A stretch of DNA of 64,000 nucleotides from Lingula anatina. Lineage: Eukaryota; Animalia; Brachiopoda. This document shows positions 26,001 to 39,100 of the stretch, piece by piece (positions within the stretch are counted from its first letter, which is position 1; every line of letters begins with the position of its first letter). A program made the translations under genes and the position numbers. Under the pieces are notes generated by a model. That model was not told the DNA's origin and did not search any database. It was given only the letters and a program-made list of their open reading frames with translations. Where the stretch lies: positions 29,388,001 through 29,452,000 of the forward strand of contig CM120642.1 in the NCBI GenBank assembly GCA_051362555.1. Reading direction: 5' to 3'.

Positions 26001-29000
26001 GAACAATTGTAGTACCCGACTGTGTTTATACACGTTCCACCGTTCTGACATGGGTTGGTTAAACACTCGTTAACGTCTGGAATGTGGTAAATTTTGTATA
26101 TGTGAACAGGAAAGAGCCAGTGTTAAGAAATTTTCAATTTCCTATTTCTCTTTCAAAATATGTCAACCCAACAAGGACAGCAGCCACAATTAATTAAAAG
26201 ACACTTCGCTTCCTAACTAATTTACAAAAAAAGACATTATTGTTGCGCCTACAAAGTGACGTAGTCACTCGTATTAGGTACTAAATCGTATTAGGTAACT
26301 AATACAATCGTATTAGGTACTAAACTTTTGCAGATTGTGCGTTCATATAGGGTCTATGTACATGTACTCAGTAGTAAGTGTATCTACATTTCCAGGTAAT
26401 GTTACTATTCATATAGTTGAAATGGTTTAAAGCTGCAGCCATCAGAGGAAAATTCCCGATTGCATCTGGCCTTCGGAGTTGTATTCATGATCACTTGGGA
26501 GCCAGACTGGATTTAAGATTACCTGTTTCACAGTGTGTTCCGTTAAAACTGGTCGGGCACGAGCAATCGTAGTATCCAGTTTTGTCCACACACGTTCCCC
26601 CATTCTGGCAGGGATTGCTGATACACTCGTTGATATCTGACATAAAAGGAATCGAATAAGCAATCAAAGGACTTGTTGTGGGTTTTGGAGAATATGCCTG
26701 TCAATGCACGCGAAGTAACTATACATGTAGGTATCTTGAATTTTCACAACAATTTAAGTATTCCCTGAGGAAAAAACTATTTTATCACGAATCATTGTTC
26801 GGACAGTTCTTGCACTTGGATTGGATATGTGTCGTCATTTTTTTTAAATATTGTAATTCTAAAATGTAATTCCAGACATTGCAACCGCCATAGTTTCAGT
26901 CGGAAATATCAACCTCAGATACTTCTAATTGAGCATTTTTTCCTTTTAAAATTGGGGAAAATCATTAGCTTTGCAGAATATTTTGAGATAACAGTATGAA
27001 TTTGGGACATGTCCAAAGTCGTACAGTTCAGATACTGTTCCTTGGGGGGAAAAGCAATTTTCTCTTACAAACGAATCATTGCTCAATCCGTCTCTGCACA
27101 TGGATTCGATGTTTTTGTTTTATAAATTAAATTATATAGTTCTAGAACGCCATGCATATTTCAGAATGATTTAGCGACATTGATGCTCTGATTTGCGGGC
27201 GGGTGTTTATAGTTTTAAGGCCTGATTTGTGAAAGGTAAGTAGCTCGGCAAGACATATCTACATAAAAAGGCGAATGCTGGGAAAAATTAGTTCTTCCAA
27301 GAAGCCTGTATTTTTGTATCGAATAGGTCTTATTTCACATATTTTTTTTCTGAAAAAAATTTAAAAATAGTAGTTTAAACGGCCCGATGGGTCTTCAAGG
27401 ACATACAAATTGTGAACAGGTTGAGTTTTGATTTGTTGCTTCATCTACATCTGTATGTTAAGCAGTACCTGTTTCACATCTTGTACCAGTAGTTCCAACA
27501 GCACAGGTGCACTCAAACCTATTGTAAAAGTTATTACACGCTCCCCCATTCTGACACGGGTTGCTTACACATTCATCATTATCTGAAAGAAATACAATAT
27601 TTTCTAATAAAACGTCCAACTTCAGACGCAAAGAAAAGAGCTTAACACGCAGAAAAATAAATATAATAATTTACTAAAAGATTAAATACAATTTTATCTT
27701 CATCAATATGTCAAAAGTGTTAATGTGTGGGGTAACTATCTCTTTGTAAAACTGGATCAATATAAAAGTAATTAATTTATGTTAATTAAAAATCATTCTG
27801 ACTCACGATTTCGCTGTTTCCATATAGAATGTGCAATTGCGAAATTCAAGGCAATACATTTTGATTGAAAACAATTCTCTGAGTTTTCCTTTTATGTTAA
27901 CGTACCATTTGCCCTTAATGAAATGCATTTTGATGGACTGGGTCGTCTGGCCGAGTCGACTGCTTCACAGCACAAAATGCTCTCGCCAGTCTGGTCGCTA
28001 GATGGCGTCCACGTCACGTTAAGGTACTTGACCGCTGCTCTACCGAGGTCGTCTGGTTCCATAGAGCTTTTTAGCAAGCCAGCAGGAGAGACCAGATTGA
28101 TACTGGTTATGCTGAAAATAACTAATGCTTTGAAAACGCGCCAAATAAAACTTATATCGAAGATGAATAATAAACATAAAATTGCTCAGAGAAGTGTAAT
28201 TGATACTTACTTCAATAGCAAACAGCAATCACATACAAATTATAACATAGAATATTTTCCTGGATCTTTATTTCTTTGACGGTTTTGAATAGGGTTTCTA
28301 AAAAAAATTATGTTTTGCTAAATTAAGAATAAGCCTTGTAAAAAATAAAGGTCTAACGCACGTTGCTTATCTTCCCGGATAAAAGATCACAAACTAATAA
28401 AAGTATATATTTACCTGTATGTAGCATAAAGTATATCAGCGTATTACACTTTCGTTTGAAGGATAAAGAAATATTTTATACTACATGGGGATAAAACCTC
28501 AGAACTTAAGTGCTTACGGGGCAGAAACATGTTTGGTCTCGGCATACACTTTTCCATTGAAAGTCCCGTTCTGAGCGATGGAAACAGTTTCATTGGAGTC
28601 AACACCGCACTGCAGAATTGACGGAACATCAGAACAGTCACCAAGGTCAGGAGTCGTGATAAGAAACTAGAAAATTATAGTTTAAAACAGCAGAGTTTTA
28701 TTATCAAAATAGCACATCTAAAATTGACCTAATTAACACCGCTACTGGTATGATAGCTCACAGACAAAAATGTCTCCTTGTTATAGCTTATCAAAACAAT
28801 GCCTATAAAGAGTTCTTTGTGACTGATTTCCGAGCAAAGTGAATCTAAAAACATTTTTAAAAAATGTATTTGGGCCAACATGAAAAGTTTGGCAGATAAA
28901 AATGCCGAACAATTGAAGTGGTACCTGTAAGGGAATGGAACTCAGTTTGTCCCTAGGTGTTTTGTTGACGCCTCCCTGAACTATTGTCGTCTGAGGAAAG

Positions 29001-32000
29001 TCCTCAACAGTCAACGCCACAGCATACCAACCTCCGTCTCTGTAACTGTTCGACGTGGACACCATGGGGATTGTGAGGGTACATGTCTCCTGGAAGACGA
29101 AAGGAATAAACATTAGCAAACGATCACAATCAAAGAATAAATCTTTGCCCGGTGTCGTTGAACGCAGTTCTCTAAGTGGAACATGGGGATCGTACAGAAG
29201 CATGGCTCTTGAAAATCAAGATTAGTTTGTCGCACTTAAGTTCACAAACAGGTTTCTTCAATCATAAAGAAAGGTATGCAACAAGCTGTTAAGAATGTAC
29301 CCTTGTGATTGCTGAATTACAATGACGCAATTGACACGTATCCTAAGCACATTCACGACACATGTAATACGGTAATGAAAGTTGACGTCATTGGGTGACT
29401 CAGGATACCCCAACCTCGACGGTCTAAAAACAGGCTAAAAGCAATCTGATATTGCTACCGGTTTTACTGAGCCCAGTTGTGGACATGAAGTTTACTTTGT
29501 GACAGTATTCTGTATCACATTATTACCAACATTTTGCAATTGAACAATTATAACACGATAGGCGTACCTGATCTAATCTGGCGTTCGGTAGCAAACGGCA
29601 AACGCTGGCACACTCGTCGGTACCCGTCGCCCAGCGGCAGCGGACCGCGTCCCCGTCTGGATCTTGCACAGGAATCTGGAGCTGGAATTTGCAGCCGAAC
29701 ATGGCCCTGAAAGTCGGGCACAATTATATATTCAATAATAGAGTGAAAGTAGCAAGTAGCCCGTGTCCATGCAAGTAAACACACATACGACAATAAATAA
29801 ATCTATTTCCTGTAAGACGCGCTTGATTATAGAATTATTGCAATTTCCTGCAAGATCTCCGACTCCCAAATTTACAATTTTGCAAAATGCTAAAATATTG
29901 GTGTTGTTTTTGCTCTGAGCGTTCCGAACTTTGATTCAGAATATTTAGTTGCAAGGGCTTGCAGAAAAAATCGTCCTGTTTTAACTTATTAACTATTTAA
30001 CATGCGAAATATATAAAAAAAACCTACAAACTGAGTTTACAGGTTGTACCTCTAAAGTCAGGTAGCTAAGTAATAAATGATATAATGTGCGTTAGACTGA
30101 GCGCAGAGCTATCAAACTTGGCGCCATTATTTTTGGTCTTGCTGTCCACTTACCTATAAATGGCTTTACTTGCAGTTACAGGACTGTTGTTTGGATAACC
30201 ACTGTCACTTCTGTTGCCGAAGTTGAGTACGGTTTGTAGTCGCCAACTCCCGCCAGAACCATAGTCTAAACTGCGCCAATTGCCACCAGTGAATCTATAT
30301 GAATGGCAAAGAGACCAAATAACTACGGCTTCAATACAAAACTCGACTGAAGGTTATAACGTCAGTTATGGTACCGGCACTTCAAGCTGATATATTCTAA
30401 CAAACTACATTTTACACGGGAAAAATTGGCTTATTTTGTATAAACTTCCAGAATTCTTCTAAATATTGCTGGAATGTTTTACTGATTACATCATCATTTA
30501 ACTTCTCCTATATGGAAAAACATTAAAGCAAATGTTAAATAAATCAATTTATTTTTAATAGTGAAATATATAGATAGATAGATAGATATTTGGAGAGAAC
30601 ACTTTTGAGCTGTAAATGATTTCAAACTGCTATTGTTTTAAATAGTCCATGATGCTTTTTTAATGAATTGTTGTAATCTGACATATGTCTTATTTTTCAT
30701 TTTGTTTATAACGTTTTATTATTAATGAACTGTTTCTTTGCTGCAATTAAACAAAACCTTACGTATGAAACAAACCGTAGATTATTTCATGAATGAAATC
30801 AACCGCCTCTTATTAGATGCAACAACCAAAAGAGCTTTTAACGACAACAAAAGTCCTGTTGCTCAAAAGTAATCCAATAAACTTTAAGAAGTATAGGACA
30901 TTTTAAATGGCCCATATGTAGCAACTATTACATGATACTCAGAAGACTTCCTGCAAGAAAATCATACTTTTAAGCGGAAGACTTTCTGCGAAAAAATTAT
31001 ACCTATAAATCCCGTCATCTTTTCGAGCTCATTTCTGGCAATGTCTTAATTATGCTATACTGTATCGTATCGTACGTATTATATTATATTATATTATATT
31101 ATATTATATTATATTATATTATATTATATTATATTATATTATATTATACTTGCACGTGCCACTGATACAAAATCATATCTCTTACATATCATTAAATAAC
31201 CTGGACGTGATGTTAATCTCGTGGTACCTGCAAATTACCTACCCCACCACGTACTCTCCCTGATCAGGAAATATGTAGGAGAAACTATTAGCCCCTTGCT
31301 CCCAGTTTTCATCTACACTAATGTCAGTGACAACGTATTGATGGGCGGCTAAATTCTCAGTGGTTGCACAGCCAGTCAAACATTTCCAGTCGCCATTGCT
31401 AGAGTTCCCCAATGTACCAATGTTTGTTTCATTGCACCCAGTACCACAAGGACCAGTACCCAGCCTCCAGGCAGACTGCCACTGAAAGTTAACCTGGACA
31501 CAAAATGTGGAAGAGCTGGTTTGAATTATAGAACCAAGAATATGTTTTACGGGATTTTGGTGCGAAAAGTATCTTAATGTAGCATACGGTTGGTTTTTCA
31601 CTTACAAATGTCTTAAAAATAAAAACATGAGGAAATAGAATTGAACTACGATAAGTATAATAATAAGACCAAGAAATATGAACAGAAAAGCAAAATAATC
31701 AAAAAGATGTAAAATTGATGGGAGTCAGTTTCTTTCTATGCAGTTTGGATAACATTCGTCTAATGGATTTCTTCGTTACATTAAGTCCATTCAGTGCGAA
31801 TATACATAGGGGTGACAAAAGTATTGCACCGTTTTGCTTAAAGGTAAACAACAGCTGTGTTTTAAGGTTATCAATTAGTATTTAATTGAAATCTGGTAAG
31901 TTGATTGGTTAGAACATGTACTACTGACTTACAGACCATTGCTTTGCCCTTACATAACACATGTTATTATGTCAGTATTTAAAAATATTTTGCTAGATAG

Positions 32001-33223
32001 CCACTTGATCCCAATATGGCTATCAATCTTCTGGACATAGACTGATAACGGTGATCTTCTGGGGGCTACCTTGGACAGGTCCTTTAGAAATTTTGGATTA
32101 GAGAGTTTCTGGTAAAAGGGCAATCCGTTGCCACTTGACTTCAGATCTCATTGCACAGGCTTTCAATGAGGTGTGCGTCTGGTGATTGGGCAAGCCAGTC
32201 CACCCTCTCGATGTCATACTGGTAAAGCCACTCTTGTACAGCCCTGACCTTATGGGGTGTGACGTTATCACCTTGGAGAGTGAATTGATGATTCTTATCC
32301 CAAAATATGGTTAAAGTGCTGGTCCAAAATGCCTAAGTAAAGGTAATGGTTCAGGCTTTCATACCATGCGTCAATCCCTGTTCACCTATTCAGTAGAAAC
32401 CAATGCACCCCTAAACCATTATTGAAGTGAACTGTCTGGCAGATAAGCAGTGGATGATGTTCCCCATACACTTACTTGTCCACTCACTTTTGATAAAAGT
32501 GAATATGGTCTCATCAGAAAATGAAAATGGCGTTAGTTCTTACCTTCCCTGCATGCAATGGTTCATGTCATTTTTCTTTGTTAAACTACCAAGGCGCTAA
32601 ACGGTTTTCTCCTGGCAACCCCACTGTGAATTCCTGCAGCATGAAGCTTTATTTGAACAGTTATTTTGCTAAGCCCAACCTGTAAATTACGCTGCCACTC
32701 CAAACGTACATGTAATTCGGTGCACGGCTCAAATCTCCTACGCCATGACAGCATAAGAAGACACCTGTTGTCTCTGGAACTAATCTTCTTCGGGTGACCA
32801 CTTCGTGGTGACTTATGCGCATCACTAGTGACGTCTATCCTTCTAGCAAACCCTATATACCGTCTGACCAGACACACAATATTTATTTGGGGGACAATAA
32901 TACCCCTCTTAGAAAAATTCAGTTATTGATATCAAAAGCCGGTAAACTACCCCCTACACACATACACACACACGTGTACGATTAAGTCTCATTCTTGCCA
33001 TAAAGTTTTGTTGTTTTTTTATTGTTTGGGTCGAAATTGAATATTTTATTGATGTAAAGAATTCAAGTGTCTTACCTTGTTGTATTCAGTAAGGGACGGC
33101 TTCCAACTTATTGTTGATCCACAAAAGTGGCTTCCTTAAAATATTATGTTTAACAGTAAATTCTTCCGTAAATGAAAATTGAGGCTAATATGTCATCAGA
33201 AATATTTATTTTGTGACGGATTC

Positions 33224-33265
<42 letters not shown>

Positions 33266-33361
33266 TGATGATGATGATAACAGCCTTGGAATATACCTAC
33301 CCTGTACATATTCTAACAGGAAAGCACAAATAACTGCCAATCCCAATTCTTCGAAACACAT
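14029..33361 (-). CDS. Paralogue A: Sib/integrin-beta-like N-terminal module + 12 EGF repeats (one transposon-disrupted) + TM + acidic tail (~927 aa if the broken exon is skipped)
   Basis: Head exons: 33301-33361 (signal [21 protein letters not shown]), 33076-33134 ([11 protein letters not shown]), 31243-31493, 30154-30294, 29568-29706 ([12 protein letters not shown]), 28925-29089 ([11 protein letters not shown]), 28518-28666, 27906-28111. EGF exons of 114 bp, phase 1-1: 27469-27582, 26523-26636, 25963-26076, 25622-25735, 25111-25224, 24686-24799, 24362-24475, 18965-19078, 18689-18802, split exon 18467-18549+15737-15767, 15432-15545; 120-bp EGF exon 14944-15063. TM exon 14491-14653 ([25 protein letters not shown]); tail 14029-14218. 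All GT-AG with consistent phases. Confidence 0.85.
15768..18464. mobile_element. Non-autonomous ISL2EU-like (PHIS group) DNA transposon inserted in an EGF exon
   Basis: Imperfect TIRs GAGGAATACCAGCCCGCTT / AAGCGGGTATTCCCC with AT duplicated on both sides (15766-7, 18465-6). Removing the element restores an exact 114-bp EGF exon. A THAP-domain remnant lies near the left end. Confidence 0.8.
15879..15975 (+). pseudogene. THAP zinc-finger N-terminus remnant of a transposase
   Basis: ATG 15879: [31 protein letters not shown]. Matches the THAP pattern CCVPxC...HxFP...W, with the conserved Trp changed to TGA. Confidence 0.7.
21284..21327 (+). ncRNA. Minimal hammerhead ribozyme (Penelope-type)
   Basis: ACAG-CTGATGA-A-GGTCA-CTTGT-TGACC-GAAA-AGCGCT-TT-CTG: intact core, 5-bp stem II, palindromic stem III and short stem I. 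Confidence 0.6.
23600..23810. repeat. Degenerate ~45-bp tandem repeat
   Basis: TTGATCGGAAA / TTGATCGTAAAAGGG / TTCATCGGAAAAGGG recur at about 23649, 23694, 23739 and 23785. Confidence 0.55.
31078..31148. repeat. (ATATT)n microsatellite
   Basis: Direct reading. Confidence 0.95.
31805..32880 (-). mobile_element. Decayed Tc1/mariner DNA transposon in intron 2 of paralogue A
   Basis: TA + TIR-like CATAGGGGTGACAAAAGTATTGCACC at 31803-31830. Minus-strand transposase remnants [10 protein letters not shown]...[38 protein letters not shown], broken by stops and frameshifts. Other end not seen. Confidence 0.85.
33228..33280. repeat. (AAT)n(GAT)n microsatellite
   Basis: Direct reading. Confidence 0.9.
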
Positions 33362-34914
33362 CCCAGGACGGTCCGCTTGACTATAACCAAGTCACATTTA
33401 ACAACATAAACTATATGCCTTGCGTTTAGTATACTGTAGAAAACGCTTCGTCACTTGAAAAAATAAGCCTCGAAATGAAAAAGTAAACGCAGTCGCAACT
33501 CAAGCGCGCGCTTAAAGGGATAACAACTCTTCGTATGAGATTCATATTTTACAATAAATACATTGTAAACTACTCATAGAAAAATTCAAAATTCTATTAT
33601 ATTACCAAATCGGCGGTTATCGCAATTATTCTGGAATTTGTGTTTGCTTCGAACCACGGGATCTCCATAGACGATTACCTGAGATAATTACAATAAAAAA
33701 GGAACTAACTTAAAATGTCGGACAGGATTCATTTACCACTGTTGGTATGGGAAAATTTTCGTTTACCTCAGGAAAAAAATTTGGCCAAAATGAACATTCG
33801 GATTTTAAATAAGCCTTGGTTAAATCACCTGTATTGCTTGTACTGTTAAGGCTGACTTGAGTGTGCGAGTGTAACGTATTGATTTCTGTTTAGGTTACCC
33901 CTCAGTTCATTTTAAGGCTACATATTCTTGTCAAGTAACCAAATATATTTCTTTAATTTCCTTAGTTTATTCTTCGTGATATTCAACTTTGTGAGAGTCA
34001 AAAGATACCTTTGTTATCGCGTTAGAGGGATTTCTGTTTACCTTGCAGCCTATATAAACTTACACAACGTTAACTTATCCCCAGACTAGCTGATTATATA
34101 TTATTTCACAAAACATCTCCTGCCTCTTTATGGTTTAGGAATATTTTATTCGTCAGTATACAAGCACTTAACCAGATAATCGGATTAAGTAGAAAGCGTT
34201 CCAGATAGTGATGAATTCTTTACGTACCAAATTTCCCACGTACTGGTAACTTGAATCAACTCAATCTACAAAGTACCTACAGTTAAATATTCTTAGACAA
34301 TGACAAACATATGAAAGCTTATATGAAGAGGATAATAAGAAAGTACAATTAAATCGATCATTGTATTTTTCAGTCTCACGTATTCCCACATATGAGGTTT
34401 TTTGTATTGTTCAAGTAATGAAACAGAGTGTGGCCTTCTCTTTGACTGGTTACATATGATTTTTTCAGTTTGCTTATATGTTAAGCAAACAAATCGCTTG
34501 TACATGTATAACATCATCATAACCGCACGGGGACAGTAAGGGTGTTACGTTATATCTCGTTATTAATCCTGGCTTGTGCCCTGAATTATATTTATTACGT
34601 TAATATACATGTCGGCCCCCCCAAATTGTATATTTGTACGTTTCCGTGGTAAAAGATGAAAAAAATCAAAACTAGCATCGGCTAAACGTTAGGATATTAA
34701 GCTGAGGTTTTTTCACTAGGAACTGACCCCAAGGAGCTAATCGTAGGACTCGGTCATACGGTATGTCCAGCTCAATATTATTACGTTCCAATACATGCAT
34801 CTACATGTAGGCCCTACGTATATATCTGCTCAGTTAACTCCCGGGTATAGTACAGGTGCTGGTTTCCGAGTTAAAGAAAAGCTCTCGTTGCTCAGTAAAT
34901 TTTTTCTCCTTGTG

Positions 34915-35393
34915 CCCATTCGATTCAGTTCTCATGTATATTATGACCACTCCGTCACATGCTTGAAAAACTATGCTTACAGTCAGTTACTTTGGGCCTA
35001 TAGGTGATCGAGTCCTAGCTAGGTTTTAGCTCATTCACTTGATGTTCGTGGCACGAATACATAAAGAGCCTTACAAAAGAAAAGCTGAGTGGATGTCGTT
35101 ATTAGTTTATTTTCATATCTTTATAAAGGGTGTTTTTAGTACAATGCCACACCGTTGATTTATCATCGTAATTGTGTATCGGTTTGTTCAGCTTTTATAA
35201 GGTTTTGGCCTTTTGAATTTTTTTCTTTTGTGTATTGCTTACATGTGACTTTCGTTCAAAGCTAGACCATAAAGCATTTGTCACCATGCAGTCACCCATG
35301 AATAGATACTGGGGGGGGGGGGGGGGGATCTGCGGTCCTGGCCACTAAACCACCTAACGGTCAGTGCATAACTACATCTACTCACACCAGTCT
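34915..35393. repeat. ~480-bp segment duplicated in intron 2 of paralogue B (41442-41923 + 42097-42105)
   Basis: Colinear similarity, e.g. TTCGATTCAGTTCTCATG, GTCGTTATTAGTTTATTTTCATATCT, TGTGACTTTCGTTCAAAGCTAGA and GGTCCTGGCCACTA in both places. Confidence 0.85.
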
Positions 35394-36189
35394 AGGGTCT
35401 TTCATGTAAATAATCATGGCGGGAATTTGGGGTTGCTAGTCATAATAGCATATAACAAAGCATGAAATCTTATAAGAGATTGAGTCACTCGAAACTTCTG
35501 ATAAAAAAACCTGCGGAAAATTTTCACGTGGAGAATGCTAGTGATGCTTTTGTTAAGTATAAAAATTCCAAAGTTAAACATTTCATGTATCATTTTATAT
35601 TTTCTGGCAAATATTCACCTGTGTAGTCTATTGAAAATGATCATAAGTTTAAAAGTTTCATTTTCTACACAAAATGAAAAAGCAGAAACAAAGCATTCGG
35701 TCACACCATGACCTTTCTCAGTGTCTGTTATTGTAAGTCTGAACAGTCCGGTACTCACCAACGCATCAGTAATTTTTATCAGTCCAAACACATGCGCTTT
35801 GCTTATTGAATTGTTTTTTATATTTTATTGGTGTCAAACACTTCAAATATCAGTATTTGTAATTGTGATGTTCTTATAAATCAAAACAATCTCTTGATTA
35901 TAGCATCATACTGAATTAAAATTACATTGTGTGTAATTGTGTTACGACGTCTTTACTTGATGCGCCAATTAAACTCAATTTATGAAACTTATATTTAAAA
36001 GATCAATACAGTGATTGTGATAAAGCCTCATATGGCAAAATAAAAAACGTTTGAATACAACTACAGTACAAACATAAAAGTCCACGATAACTCTCATCCA
36101 CATTCTTCAACGTATATATGTGTATTGAATTCTACACGGTTTACTTTAAAATCAGGAGTCAAATATAACTCTGACGACGTCATTGACTT

Positions 36190-39100
36190 TCAGGCGCGAA
36201 GAAGAAGCTCATCTGACTTAATGGAAGCAGCACCCATGTTTTTAGTATCGTCTGCTGCGCTGTCTTCATTTTCCGCAGCGACCGTGTTCTTTGTGCTTGT
36301 TTCATCCTCTTCAGAGACTTTGTACTTCTCTCCTGGGTTTTTCTGCTCCTCCTGCTGCTCGTCAAGTGGCCTTACCTTTCTATGAATATACCCATTCAGT
36401 TTTAATAATAGTAAATTACAATAGTACTATTCAAATAAATATCAAGAGACGGATATCCTTTAAATAAAAAAATAATAATGTCAGGTATTTTGAAAGGATT
36501 AATTATTTGGTTAAACAAGAGACAAGCTACATATGAAAAGAGCTACATGTATTTACCACTTTCAACTTCATATAAAACTGTATTAAATCAAAGTAATAGT
36601 CAAAATATGTAATGCACTGAAATAAATACCTTTTATTATTGTTACGCTTCCACAGAAAAAATATGAAACAGGGTATGAACACTAGCAACCCAAGGAGTCC
36701 GAGAAGTCCTAGCAGATCAGCAGTACTACCGCTTCCAGAACGATGGCTATTTGAATTGCCTAGATTATTGGAATTGACTGGAACCATAGAATATTAAAAT
36801 TTATTTTCATATTGCCTTAATATGAAGCTGAGACATTTAATCAATAACTCTTGCTTTACTCTGCTGTACCTTCGACATCAAAAGATGTTGTCAATTTATT
36901 GGGTTACATGGGTACGTGTCTACCTGTCTAACAAGTCTAGGCTGAGTGCAGTTGTACTTATGTATGTTTAAGTATAACTAACGTGCCTGTTTCACAGTTG
37001 GATCCCGTAAATCCAAGCAATAACAGTTAACAGAAGTTAATTCTTAAATAAAAGGTGCTAGTACCAAGTTACATATTAGGTATTGATAATGAGAACTAAA
37101 AATCAAGGATCTGTCAAGTGTATTATGTCACTAATCATTGCAGTTATATCAAAACGGTATAAAGCTACGCTGCGCATTCGGCCTTTACAAGAGAATTCCC
37201 GACTGTACTGTAACTAGCCATTGAACATGTACACACTTGACAACCAGACTAGATTTAAGTTTACCTATATCACATTTGGTTCCATTAAAACCGGTTGGGC
37301 ACAAGCAATCGTAGTGTCCAGTTTTATCTACACACGTTCCCCCATTCTGGCAGGGATTGCTGATACACTCATTGATGTCTGTAATGAAATCAAATTTGCA
37401 GTGAAGATAATTAATTAATATGCCTTGAATTACATTCATATTTTAAAAAACATTCTGTTAATGAAATGGTATGATAATGAGCCACATCACAGTTTATGGG
37501 AAAGGCTGCATTTTTGCTTTTTGAATGAATCGTTTGCCCAGAAAACATAAATACATGTAGAAAATCCTCTGGCTTTAATTTCCTGTGGCAGTGACATACA
37601 TGTATAAATAATGAACTGGTCTACTATGTTAGATTCGTGTATATCTAATGATACCTGTTTCACATCTTTTACCGGTAGTTCCAACAGCACAAGTGCACTC
37701 AAACCTATTGTACAAGTTATTACATGCTCCCCCATTCTGACACGGGTTGCTTATACATTCATCATCATCTGGAAAAAACACACAATTTAAATTTTCTAAT
37801 AACACGTGCGCGTTCAACTTAATATACAAAAAAAGAAGAAGAGAACTAAACAAGCAGATAAATTTTTGTAATAACTTACTTAAAGTTAAAAGACAATTTT
37901 ATCTAAACCAATATATCAAAAATTTCAATGTGTCGGGTTAACCATCGCATGAGTCAATATAAGAGTCATTTATTTTTGTTACTGTAAAGTCATTGTGACT
38001 CAGAATTTCACTGTTTCTACTATATGGAATGTGCAATTTGTGAAATTCAAAACAATGAACTATGATCGAAAAATACACTGAGTTTACATCTTATGTTAAT
38101 GTACCATTTGCCCTAAACGAGATCCAATTTAAAATTCACAATTTCACAAATTGTTTCACAAAATGACACATAAACCCTAGTTTTACGAAAAAGAAAAAAC
38201 TGCACTAAGTTTCTCCACATCAGTATTAACCATTTGCCCTGAATGTGACGCATTTTGATGAACTGGGTCGTCTGGCCGAGTCGACTGCCTCACAGCACAA
38301 TATGCTCTCGCCAGTCTGGTCGATAGATGGCGTCCACGTCACGTTAAGGTACTTGACCGCCGCTCTACCGAGGTCGTCTGATGCCAAAGGGCTTTTTAGC
38401 AAGCCAGCAGGAGAGACCAGATTGATACTGGTTATACTGAGAATAACAAAGACATCAAATAAATGAATGAATTAAGCCAAATAAACTGATATCGAAGGTT
38501 TTAACCTTATTAAAATAATTAACATAAAATTGCTCAGAGAGGCGTAACAGATATTTCAAAACTACCAAACATCGCATGCAATCGCATGCAAATTATAATA
38601 TAGAACAGCTTTATGGAACTTATTTTTTTACGATTTTGGATAAGGTTTACAGGAAAATTAATGTTTTGCTATTTAAAAAATAAAGCTTGTAAAAAAATGA
38701 CCTACAACACGTTGTTTGCCGTTAAATTTTACGGACCTCGGATTCCCGGATATAGTATCACAAGTTAATAATAGTATATATTTACCTCTATAAAGCATAA
38801 AGTATATCAGCGTATTACACTTTCCTTTGTAAGATAAATAAATATTTAATACTACATGGGAATAAATCCTCATGACATAACGTATTTGCTTACGGGGTAG
38901 AACTTATCTTGGCCTTCGCATACACTTTCCCATTGAAAGTCTCGTTCTGGGCAATAGAAACAGTTTTATCGGAGTCAACACCGCACTGCAGAATTGACGG
39001 GGCATCGGAACAGTTGCCAAGATCAGGGGTCGTGATAAGAAACTAGAAAAATATTCATAAAAAGCAGCAGAGTTCGATTATAAGAATTATGCATCTAAAA

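Noticed and set aside
14944-27582. EGF exons as a separate Notch/fibropellin gene
   Set aside because: No LNR, ankyrin, CUB or avidin exons. Phases link them to the upstream head exons and downstream TM exon, as in paralogues B-D.
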